Part shown: positions 51,501 through 63,500 of the stretch, piece after piece
Layout of the letters: every line of letters begins with the position of its first letter
Position numbering within the stretch: position 1 is the stretch's first letter
Assembly: GCA_002189035.1 (NCBI GenBank)
Contig: NEEC01000136.1
Coordinates: 1 to 64,000, forward strand
Direction: 5' to 3'
From: Utricularia gibba
Lineage: Eukaryota; Plantae; Magnoliophyta
Length of the DNA: 64,000 nt
Program-made: the position numbers and the translations under genes
The notes under the pieces: model-generated
Told to the model about the DNA's origin: nothing
Databases searched by the model: none
What the model saw: only the letters and a program-made list of their open reading frames with translations

Positions 51501-54500
51501 TACACTTGAGAAGGCGCTTTTGTGGGTCACCGAGATCGGGCCGGAATTCGGTCGAGCTCGGGCCCAAAGTCAGCTGTAGCCCGACAAAAGAAGTGATGCA
51601 TTTATTAACGTTGGGTTGTCGGCGGCTGCCCACATGGTTTTTCAAGCAACAGCTTGCCGTTTTAAAGCTTTGTAAATAAATGAAAATCGTGATGCATAGG
51701 ATGTCATTGGGTTGAGAAATTTCGGGTCGGGCTCACATAGTCAGTTGTAGCCCTGATGCATTTATAACGTTGGGTTTTCGGCGGCTGCCATGGTTTTTCA
51801 AGCAACAGCTTGCCGTTTTAAGGCGGTGCTGTCGTTGGCAGCTTTGTAAGGGCCCAAGGTTTGGTCTGGCTCCTGAGCCCAATCGGGTCCTACTCGATGA
51901 AAATCGTGATGCATTTAATGAAGTTAGGATGTCATGAGCGCCCCAAATGGTTTTCTCAACAACCTGATTTATATTTGACGAGGTGCTCTAGGCTGGCACT
52001 AGTATCGAGCAAATGGTCGAGTCGCGCTCTGGCCCATAGTCATTTGTAGCCCGGCCAAAAAAGTGATGCATTTATTAACGTTGGGTTTTCGGCGGCTGCC
52101 TACATGCTTTTTCAAGGAAAAGTTGTCGTTTTTTGGCGGGTGCTGTTGTTGGGAACTTCGTCCGGACCCAAGGTTCGGTCTGACTTCACAGCACAATAAG
52201 GTCCCATTCGACGAAAATCGTGATACCTTTATTGAAGTTAGGATCTCATGACCCCCAAATGCTTTTTTCAACAGCATGCTTTAAACTTGAGAAGGCGCTT
52301 TTGTGGGTCACCGAGATCGGGCCGGAATTCGGGTCGAGCTCGGGCCCAAAGTCAGCTGTAGCCCGACAAAAGAAGTGATGCATTTATTAACGTTGGGTTG
52401 TCGGCGGCTGCCCACATGGTTTTTCAAGCAACAGCTTGCCGTTTTAAGGCGGGTGCTGTCGTTGGCAGCTTTGTAAGGGCCCAAGGTTTGGTCTGGCTCC
52501 TGAGCCCAATCGGGTCCTACTCGATGAAAATCGTGATGCATTTAATGAAGTTAGGATGTCATGAGCGCCCCAAATGGTTTTCTCAACAACCTGATTTTAT
52601 TTGACGAGGTGCTCTAAGCTGGCTCTAGTATCGAGCAAATGGTCGAGTCGCGCTCTGGCCCATAGTCATTGTAGCCCGGCCAAAAAAGTGATGCATTATT
52701 AACGTTGGGTTTTCGGCGGCTGCCTACATGCTTTTTCAAGAAAAGTTGTCGTTTTTTGGCGGGTGCTGTTGTTGGGAACTTCGTCCGGACCCAAGGTTCG
52801 GTCTGACTTCACAGCACAATAAGGTCCCATTCGACGAAAATCGTGATACCTTTATTGAAGTTAGGATCTCATGACCCCCAAATGCTTTTTTCAACAGCAT
52901 GCTATACACTTGAGAAGGCGCTTTTGGGTCACCGAGATCGGGCCGGAATTCGGGTCGAGCTCGGGCCCAAAGTCAGCTGTAGCCCGACAAAAGAAGTGAT
53001 GCATTTATTAACGTTGGGTTGTCGGCGGCTGCCCACATGGTTTTTCAAGCAACAGCTTGCCGTTTTAAGGCGGGTGCTGTCGTTGGCAGCTTTGTAAGGG
53101 CCCAAGTTTGGTCTGGCTCCTGAGCCCAATCGGGTCCTACTCGATGAAAATCGTGATGCATTTAATGAAGTTAGGATGTCATGAGCGCCCCAAATGGTTT
53201 TCTCAACAACCTGATTTATATTTGACGAGGTGCTCTAGGCTGGCACTAGTATCGAGCAAATGGTCGAGTCGCGCTCTGGCCCATAGTCATTTGTAGCCCG
53301 GCCAAAAAAGTGATGCATTTATTAACGTTGGGTTTTCGGCGGCTGCCTACATGCTTTTTCAAGGAAAAGTTGTCGTTTTTTGGCGGGTGCTTGGGAACTT
53401 CGTCCGGACCCAAGGTTCGGTCTGACTTCACAGCACAATAAGGTCCCATTCGACGAAAATCGTGATACCTTTATTGAAGTTAGGATCTCATGACCACCCC
53501 AAATGCTTTTTTCAACAGCATGCTATACACTTGAGAAGGCGCTTTTGTGGGTCACCGAGATCGGGCCGGAATTCGGGTCGAGCTCGGGCCCAAAGTCAGC
53601 TGTAGCCCGACAAAAGAAGTGATGCATTTATTAACGTTGGGTTGTCGGCGGCTGCCCACATGGTTTTTCAAGCAACAGCTTGCCGTTTTAAGGCGGGTGC
53701 TGTCGTTGGCAGCTTTGTAAGGGCCCAAGGTTTGGTCTGGCTCCTGAGCCCAATCGGGTCCTACTCGATGAAAATCGTGATGCATTTAATGAAGTTAGGA
53801 TGTCATGAGCGCCCCAAATGGTTTTCTCAACAACCTGATTTATATTTGACGAGGTGCTCTAAGCTGGCACTAGTATCGAGCAAATGGTCGAGTCGCGCTC
53901 TGGCCCATAGTCATTTGTAGCCCGGCCAAAAAAGTGATGCATTTATTAACGTTGGGTTTTCGGCGGCTGCCTACATGCTTTTTCAAGGAAAAGTTGTCGT
54001 TTTTGGCGGGTGCTGTTGTTGGGAACTTCGTCCGGACCCAAGGTTCGGTCTGACTTCACAGCACAATAAGGTCCCATTCGACGAAAATCGTGATACCTTT
54101 ATTGAAGTTAGGATCTCATGACCACCCCAAATGCTTTTTTCAACAGCATGCTATACACTTGAGAAGGCGCTTTTGTGGGTCACCGAGATCGGCCGGAATT
54201 CGGGTCGGCTCGGGCCCAAAGTCAGCTGTAGCCCGACAAAAGAAGTGATGCATTTATTAACGTTGGGTTGTCGGCGGCTGCCCACATGGTTTTTCAAGCA
54301 ACAGCTTGCCGTTTTAAGGCGGGTGCTGTCGTTGGCAGCTTTGTAAGGGCCCAAGGTTTGGTCTGGCTCCTGAGCCCAATCGGGTCCTACTCGATGAAAA
54401 TCGTGATGCATTTAATGAAGTTAGGATGTCATGAGCGCCCCAAATGGTTTTCTCAACAACCTGATTTATATTTGACGAGGTGCTCTAGGCTGGCACTAGT

Positions 54501-57500
54501 ATCGAGCAAATGGTCGAGTCGCGCTCTGGCCCATAGTCATTTGTAGCCCGGCCAAAAAAGTGATGCATTTATTAACGTTGGGTTTTCGGCGGCTGCCTAC
54601 ATGCTTTTTCAAGGAAAAGTTGTCGTTTTTTGGCGGGTGCTGTTGTTGGGAACTTCGTCCGGACCCAAGGTTCGGTCTGACTTCACAGCACAATAAGGTC
54701 CCATTCGACGAAAATCGTGATACCTTTATTGAAGTTAGGATCTCATGACCACCCCAAATGCTTTTTTCAACAGCATGCTTTAAACTTGAGAAGGCGCTTT
54801 TGTGGGTCACCGAGATCGGGCCGGAATTCGGGTCGAGCTCGGGCCCAAAGTCAGCTGTAGCCCGACAAAAGAAGTGATGCATTTATTAACGTTGGGTTGT
54901 CGGCGGCTGCCCACATGGTTTTTCAAGCAACAGCTTGCCGTTTTAAGGCGGGTGCTGTCGTTGGCAGCTTTGTAAGGGCCCAAGGTTTGGTCTGGCTCCT
55001 GAGCCAATCGGGTCCTACTCGATGAAAATCGTGATGCATTTAATGAAGTTAGGATGTCATGAGCGCCCCAAATGGTTTTCTCAACAACCTGATTTATATT
55101 TGACGAGGTGCTCTAGGCTGGCACTAGTATCGAGCAAATGGTCGAGTCGCGCTCTGGCCCATAGTCATTTGTAGCCCGGCCAAAAAAGTGATGCATTTAT
55201 TAACGTTGGGTTTTCGGCGGCTGCCTACATGCTTTTTCAAGGAAAAGTTGTCGTTTTTTGGCGGGTGCTGTTGTTGGGAACTTCGTCCGGACCCAAGGTT
55301 CGGTCTGACTTCACAGCACAATAAGGTCCCATTCGACGAAAATCGTGATACCTTTATTGAAGTTAGGATCTCATGACCACCCCAAATGCTTTTTTCAACA
55401 GCATGCTTTAAACTTGAGAAGGCGCTTTTGTGGGTCACCCGAGATCGGGCCGGAATTCGGGTCGGGCGAAAGTCAGCTGTAGCCCGTCAAAAGAAGTGAT
55501 GCATTTATTAACGTTGGGTTGTCGGCGGCTGCCCACATGGTTTTTCAAGCAACATTAAAGCTTTGTAACAAATTCGGGGATGAAAATCGTGATGGTTAGG
55601 ATGTCATAATGGGTTGAGAACCCAAAGTCAGTTGTCTGCATTTATAAGCTGCCATGGTTTTTCAAGCAACAGCTTGCCGTTTTAAGGCGGGTGCTGTCGT
55701 TGGCAGCTTTGTAAGGGCCCAAGGTTTGGTCTGGCTCCTGAGCCCAATCGGGTCCTACTCGATGAAAATCGTGATGCATTTAATGAAGTTAGGATGTCAT
55801 GAGCGCCCCAAATGGTTTTCTCAACAACCTGATTTATATTTGACGAGGTGCTCTAGGCTGGCACTAGTATCGAGCAAATGGTCGAGTCGCGCTCTGGCCC
55901 ATAGTCATTTGTAGCCCGGCCAAAAAAGTGATGCATTTATTAACGTTGGGTTTTCGGCGGCTGCCTACATGCTTTTTCAAGGAAAAGTTGTCGTTTTTTG
56001 GCGGGTGCTGTTGTTGGGAACTTCGTCCGGACCCAAGGTTCGGTCTGACTTCACAGCACAATAAGGTCCCATTCGACGAAAATCGTGATACCTTTATTGA
56101 AGTTAGGATCTCATGACCACCCCAAATGCTTTTTTCAACAGCATGCTATACACTTGAGAAGGCGCTTTTGTGGGTCACCGAGATCGGGCCGGAATTCGGG
56201 TCGAGCTCGGGCCAAAGTCAGCTGTAGCCCGACAAAAGAAGTGATGCATTTATTAACGTTGGGTTGTCGGCGGCTGCCCACATGGTTTTTCAAGCAACAG
56301 CTTGCCGTTTTAAGGCGGGTGCTGTCGTTGGCAGCTTTGTAAGGGCCCAAGGTTTGGTCTGGCTCCTGAGCCCAATCGGGTCCTACTCGATGAAAATCGT
56401 GATGCATTTAATGAAGTTAGGATGTCATGAGCGCCCCAAATGGTTTTCTCAACAACCTGATTTATTGACGAGGTGCGCTGGCACTAGTATCGAGCAAATG
56501 GTCGAGTCGCGCTCTGGCCCATAATTTGTAGCCCGGCCAAAAAAGTGATGCATTTATTAACGTTGGGTTTTCGGCGGCTGCCTACATGCTTTTTCAAGGA
56601 AAAGTTGTCGTTTTTTGGCGGGTGCTGTTGTTGGGAACTTCGTCCGGACCCAAGGTTCGGTCTGACTTCACAGCACAATAAGGTCCCATTCGACGAAAAT
56701 CGTGATACCTTTATTGAAGTTAGGATCTCATGACCACCCCAAATGCTTTTTTCAACAGCATGCTATACACTTGAGAAGGCGCTTTTGTGGGTCACCGAGA
56801 TCGGGCCTCGGGTCGGGCTCGGCCCAAAGTCAGCTGTAGCCCGACAAAAGAAGTGATGCATTTATTAACGTTGGGTTGTCGGCGGCTGCCCACATGGTTT
56901 TTCAAGCAACAGCTTGCCGTTTTAAGGCGGGTGCTGTCGTTGGCAGCTTTGTAAGGGCCCAAGGTTTGGTCTGGCTCCTGAGCCAATCGGGTCCTACTCG
57001 ATGAAAATCGTGATGCATTTAATGAAGTTAGGATGTCATGAGCGCCCCAAATGGTTTTCTCAACAACCTGATTTTATTTGACGAGGTGCTCTAAGCTGGC
57101 ACTAGTATCGAGCAAATGGTCGAGTCGCGCTCTGGCCCATAGTCATTGTAGCCCGGCCAAAAAAGTGATGCATTTATTAACGTTGGGTTTTCGCGGCTGC
57201 CTACATGCTTTTTTCAAGAAAAGTTGTCGTTTTTTGGCGGGTGCTGTTGTTGGGAACTTCGTCCGGACCCAAGGTTCGGTCTGACTTCACAGCACAATAA
57301 GGTCCATTCGACGAAAATCGTGATACCTTTATTGAAGTTAGGATCTCATGACCACCCCAAATGCTTTTTTCAACAGCATGCTATACACTTGAGAAGGCGC
57401 TTTTGTGGGTCACCGAGATCGGGCCGGAATTCGGGTCGAGCTCGGGCCAAAGTCAGCTGTAGCCCGACAAAAGAAGTGATGCATTTATTAACGTTGGTTG

Positions 57501-60500
57501 TCGGCGGCTGCCCACATGGTTTTTCAAGCAACAGCTTGCCGTTTTAAGGCGGGTGCTGTCGTTGGCAGCTTTGTAAGGGCCCAAGGTTTGGTCTGGCTCC
57601 TGAGCCCAATCGGGTCCTACTCGATGAAAATCGTGATGCATTTAATGAAGTTAGGATGTCATGAGCGCCCCAAATGGTTTTCTCAACAACCTGATTTATA
57701 TTTGACGAGGTGCTCTAGGCTGGCACTAGTATCGAGCAAATGGTCGAGTCGCGCTCTGGCCCATAGTCATTTGTAGCCCGGCCAAAAAAGTGATGCATTT
57801 ATTAACGTTGGGTTTTCGGCGGCTGCCTACATGCTTTTTCAAGGAAAAGTTGTCGTTTTTTGGCGGGTGCTGTTGTTGGGAACTTCGTCCGGACCCAAGG
57901 TTCGGTCTGACTTCACAGCACAATAAGGTCCCATTCGACGAAAATCGTGATACCTTTATTGAAGTTAGGATCTCATGACACCCCAAATGCTTTTTTCAAC
58001 AGCATGCTATACACTTGAGAAGGCGCTTTTGTGGGTCACCGAGATCGGGCCGGAATTCGGGTCGAGCTCGGGCCCAAAGTCAGCTGTAGCCCGACAAAAG
58101 AAGTGATGCATTTATTAACGTTGGGTTGTCGGCGGCTGCCCACATGGTTTTTCAAGCAACAGCTTGCCGTTTTAAGGCGGGTGCTGTCGTTGGCAGCTTT
58201 GTAAGGGCCCAAGGTTTGGTCTGGCTCCTGAGCCCAATCGGGTCCTACTCGATGAAAATCGTGATGCATTTAATGAAGTTAGGATGTCATGAGCGCCCCA
58301 AATGGTTTTCTCAACAACCTGATTTATATTGACGAGGTGCTTAGGCTGGCACTAGTATCGAGCAAATGGTCGAGTCGCGCTCTGGCCCATAGTCATTTGT
58401 AGCCCGGCCAAAAAAGTGATGCATTTATTAACGTTGGGTTTTCGGCGGCTGCCTACATGCTTTTTAAAAGTTGTCGTTTTTTGGCGGGTGCTGTTGTTGG
58501 GAACTTCGTCCGGACCCAAGGTTCGGTCTGACTTCACAGCACAATAAGGTCCCATTCGACGAAAATCGTGATACCTTTATTGAAGTTAGGATCTCATGAC
58601 CACCCCAAATGCTTTTTTCAACAGCATGCTATACACTTGAAGGCGCTTTTGTGGGTCACCGAGATCGGGCCGGAATTCGGGTCGGGCTCGGGCCCAAAGT
58701 CAGCTGTAGCCCGAAAAGAAGTGATGCATTTATTAACGTTGGGTTGTCGGCGGCTGCCCACATGGTTTTTCAAGCAACAGCTTGCCGTTTTAAGGCGGGT
58801 GCTGTCGTTGGCAGCTTTGTAAGGGCCCAAGGTTTGGTCTGGCTCCTGAGCCAATCGGGTCCTACTCGATGAAAATCGTGATGCATTTAATGAAGTTAGG
58901 ATGTCATGAGCGCCCCAAATGGTTTTCTCAACAACCTGATTTATATTTGACGAGGTGCTCTAGGCTGGCACTAGTATCGAGCAAATGGTCGAGTCGCGCT
59001 CTGGCCCATAGTCATTTGTAGCCCGGCCAAAAAAGTGATGCATTTATTAACGTTGGGTTTTCGGCGGCTGCCTACATGCTTTTTCAAGGAAAAGTTGTCG
59101 TTTTTTGGCGGGTGCTGTTGTTGGGAACTTCGTCCGGACCCAAGGTTCGGTCTGACTTCACAGCACAATAAGGTCCCATTCGACGAAAATCGTGATACCT
59201 TTATTGAAGTTAGGATCTCATGACCACCCCAAATGCTTTTTTCAACAGCATGCTTTAAACTTGAGAAGGCGCTTTTGTGGGTCACCGAGATCGGGCCGGA
59301 ATTCGGGTCGAGCTCGGGCCCAAAGTCAGCTGTAGCCCGACAAAAGAAGTGATGCATTTATTAACGTTGGTTGTCGGCGGCTGCCCACATGGTTTTTCAA
59401 GCAACAGCTTGCCGTTTTAAGGCGGGTGCTGTCGTTGGCAGCTTTGTAAGGGCCCAAGGTTTGGTCTGGCTCCTGAGCCCAATCGGGTCCTACTCGATGA
59501 AAATCGTGATGCATTTAATGAAGTTAGGATGTCATGAGCGCCCCAAATGGTTTTCTCAACAACCTGATTTATATTTGACGAGGTGCTCTAGGCTGGCACT
59601 AGTATCGAGCAAATGGTCGAGTCGCGCTCTGGCCCATAGTCATTTGTAGCCCGGCCAAAAAAGTGATGCATTTATTAACGTTGGGTTTTCGGCGGCTGCC
59701 TACATGCTTTTTGAAGAAAAGTTGTCGTTTTTTGGCGGGTGCTGTTGTTGGAACTTCGTCCGGACCCAAGGTTCGGTCTGACTTCACAGCACAATAAGGT
59801 CCATTCGACGAAAATCGTGATACCTTTATTGAAGTTAGGATCTCATGACCGCCCCAAATGCTTTTTTCAACAGCATGCTTTAAACTTGAGAAGGCGCTTT
59901 TGTGGGTCACCGAGATCGGGCCGGAATTCGGTCGGGCTGGGCCAAAGTCAGCTGTAGCCCGTCAAAAGAAGTGATGCATTTATTAACGTTGGTGTCGGCG
60001 GCTGCCCACATGGTTTTTCAAGCAACAGTTGCCGTTTTAAGGCGGGTGCTGTCGTTGGCAGCTTTGTAAGGGCCAAGGTTCGGTCTGGCTCCTGAGCCCA
60101 ATCGGGTCCTACTCGATGAAAATCGTGATGCATTTGCTTTTGTTAGGATGTCATGAGAACCCCAATGGGTTTTCTCCACACTCTACTTTATATTGAGAAG
60201 GCGCTCATTGGGCTCGGGTCGGGCTCCCCATAGTCAGTTGTAGCCCGGAAAATAAGTGATGCATTTATCAACGTTGGGTTTTCGGCGGCTGCCTAAATGG
60301 TTTTTCAAGCAACAGCTTGCCGTTTAAGGCGGTGCTGTCGTTGGCAGCTTTGTAAGGGCCCAAGGTTTGGTCTGGCTCCTGAGCCCAATCGGTCCTACTC
60401 GATGAAAATCGTGATGCATTTAATGAAGTTAGGATGTCATGAGCGCCCCAAATGGTTTTCTCAACAACCTGATTTATATTTGACGAGGTGCTCTAGGCTG

Positions 60501-63500
60501 GCACTAGTATCGAGCAAATGGTCGAGTCGCGCTCTGGCCCATAGTCATTTGTAGCCCGGCCAAAAAAGTGATGCATTTATTAACGTTGGGTTTTCGGCGG
60601 CTGCCTACATGCTTTTTCAAGGAAAAGTTGTCGTTTTTTGGCGGGTGCTGTTGTTGGGAACTTCGTCCGGACCCAAGGTTCGGTCTGACTTCACAGCACA
60701 ATAAGGTCCCATTCGACGAAAATCGTGATACCTTTATTGAAGTTAGGATCTCATGACCACCCCAAATGCTTTTTTCAACAGCATGCTATACACTTGAGAA
60801 GGCGCTTTTGTGGGTCACCGAGATCGGGCCGGAATTCGGGTCGAGCTCGGCCCAAAGTCAGCTGTAGCCCGACAAAAGAAGTGATGCATTTATTAACGTT
60901 GGTTGTCGGCGGCTGCCCACATGGTTTTTCAAGCAACAGCTTGCCGTTTTAAGGCGGGTGCTGTCGTTGGCAGCTTTGTAAGGGCCCAAGGTTTGGTCTG
61001 GCTCCTGAGCCCAATCGGGTCCTACTCGATGAAAATCGTGATGCATTTAATGAAGTTAGGATGTCATGAGCGCCCCAAATGGTTTTCTCAACAACCTGAT
61101 TTATATTTGACGAGGTGCTCTAGGCTGGCTCTAGTATCGAGCAAATGGTCGAGTCGCGCTCTGGCCCATAGTCATTTTAGCCCGGCCAAAAAAGTGATGC
61201 ATTTATTAACGTTGGGTTTTCGGCGGCTGCCTACATGCTTTTTCAAGGAAAAGTTGTCGTTTTTTGGCGGGTGCTGTTGTTGGGAACTTCGTCCGGACCC
61301 AAGGTTCGGTCTGACTTCACAGCACAATAAGGTCCCATTCGACGAAAATCGTGATACCTTTATTGAAGTTAGGATCTCATGACCACCCCAAATGCTTTTT
61401 TCAGCATGCTATACACTTGAGAAGGCGCTTTTGTGGGTCACCGAGATCGGGCCAATCGGGTCGGGCTCCCCAAAGTCAGCTGTAGCCCGAAAAAGTGATG
61501 CATTTATTAACGTTGGGTTGTCGGCGGCTGCCCAGGTTTTTCAAGCAACAGCTTGCCGTTTTAAGGCGGGTGCTGTCGTTGGCAGCTTTGTAAGGGCCCA
61601 AGGTTTGGTCTGGCTCCTGAGCCCAATCGGGTCCTACTCGATGAAAATCGTGATGCATTTAATGAAGTTAGGATGTCATGAGCGCCCCAAATGGTTTTCT
61701 CAACAACCTGATTTATATTTGACGAGGTGCTCTAGGCTGGCACTAGTATCGAGCAAATGGTCGAGTCGCGCTCTGGCCCATAGTCATTTGTAGCCCGGCC
61801 AAAAAAGTGATGCATTTATTAACGTTGGGTTTTCGGCGGCTGCCTACATGCTTTTTCAAGGAAAAGTTGTCGTTTTTTGGCGGGTGCTGTTGTTGGGAAC
61901 TTCGTCCGGACCCAAGGTTCGGTCTGACTTCACAGCACAATAAGGTCCCATTCGACGAAAATCGTGATACCTTTATTGAAGTTAGGATCTCATGACCACC
62001 CCAAATGCTTTTTTCAACAGCATGCTATACACTTGAGAAGGCGCTTTTGTGGGTCACCGAGATCGGGCCGGAATTCGGGTCGAGCTCGGGCCCAAAGTCA
62101 GCTGTAGCCCGACAAAAGAAGTGATGCATTTATTAACGTTGGGTTGTCGGCGGCTGCCCACATGGTTTTTCAAGCAACAGCTTGCCGTTTTAAGGCGGGT
62201 GCTGTCGTTGGCAGCTTTGTAAGGGCCCAAGGTTTGGTCTGGCTCCTGAGCCCAATCGGGTCCTACTCGATGAAAATCGTGATGCATTTAATGAAGTTAG
62301 GATGTCATGAGCGCCCCAAATGGTTTTCTCAACAACCTGATTTTTATTTGACGAGGTGCTCTAGCTGGCACTAGTATCGAGCAAATGGTCGAGTCGCGCT
62401 CTGGCCCATAGTCATTTGTAGCCCGGCCAAAAAAGTGATGCATTTATTAACGTTGGGTTTTCGGCGGCTGCCTACATGCTTTTTCAAGGAAAAGTTGTCG
62501 TTTTTTGGCGGGTGCTGTTGTTGGGAACTTCGTCCGGACCAAGGTTCGGTCTGACTTCACAGCACAATAAGGTCCCATTCGACGAAAATCGTGATACCTT
62601 TATTGAAGTTAGGATCTCATGACCACCCCAAATGCTTTTTTCAACAGCATGCTTTAAACTTGAGAAGGCGCTTTTGTGGGTCACCGAGATCGGGCCGGAA
62701 TTCGGGTCGGGCTTGGGGGACAAAGTCAGCTGTAGCCCGAAAAGAAGTGATGCATTTATTAACGTTGGGTTGTCGGCGGCTGCCCACATGGTTTTTCAAG
62801 CAACAGCTTGCCGTTTTAAGGCGGGTGCTGTCGTTGGCAGCTTTGTAAGGGCCCAAGGTTCGGTCTGGCTCCTGAGCCCAATCGGGTCCTACTCGATGAA
62901 AATCGTGATGCATTTAGGATGTCATGAGATGGGTTTTGAGAAGGCGCTCTATTTCGGGTCGGGCTCCCCATAGTCAGTTGTAGCCCGGAAAATAAGTGAT
63001 GCATTTATCAACGTTGGGTTTCGGCGGCTGCCTAAATGGTTTTTCAAGCAACAGCTTGCCGTTTTAAGGCGGGTGCTGTCGTTGGCAGCTTTGTAAGGGC
63101 CCAAGGTTTGGTCTGGCTCCTGAGCCCAATCGGTCCTACTCGATGAAAATCGTGATGCATTTAATGAAGTTAGGATGTCATGAGCGCCCCAAATGTTTTT
63201 CTCAACAACCTGATTTATATTTGACGAGGTGCTCTAGGCTGGCACTAGTATCGAGCAAATGGTCGAGTCGCGCTCTGGCCCATAGTCATTTGTAGCCCGG
63301 CCAAAAAAGTGATGCATTTATTAACGTTGGGTTTTCGGCGGCTGCCTACATGCTTTTTCAAGGAAAAGTTGTCGTTTTTTGGCGGTGCTGTTGTTGGGAA
63401 CTTCGTCCGGACCCAAGGTTCGGTCTGACTTCACAGCACAATAAGGTCCCATTCGACGAAAATCGTGATACCTTTATTGAAGTTAGGATCTCATGACCAC

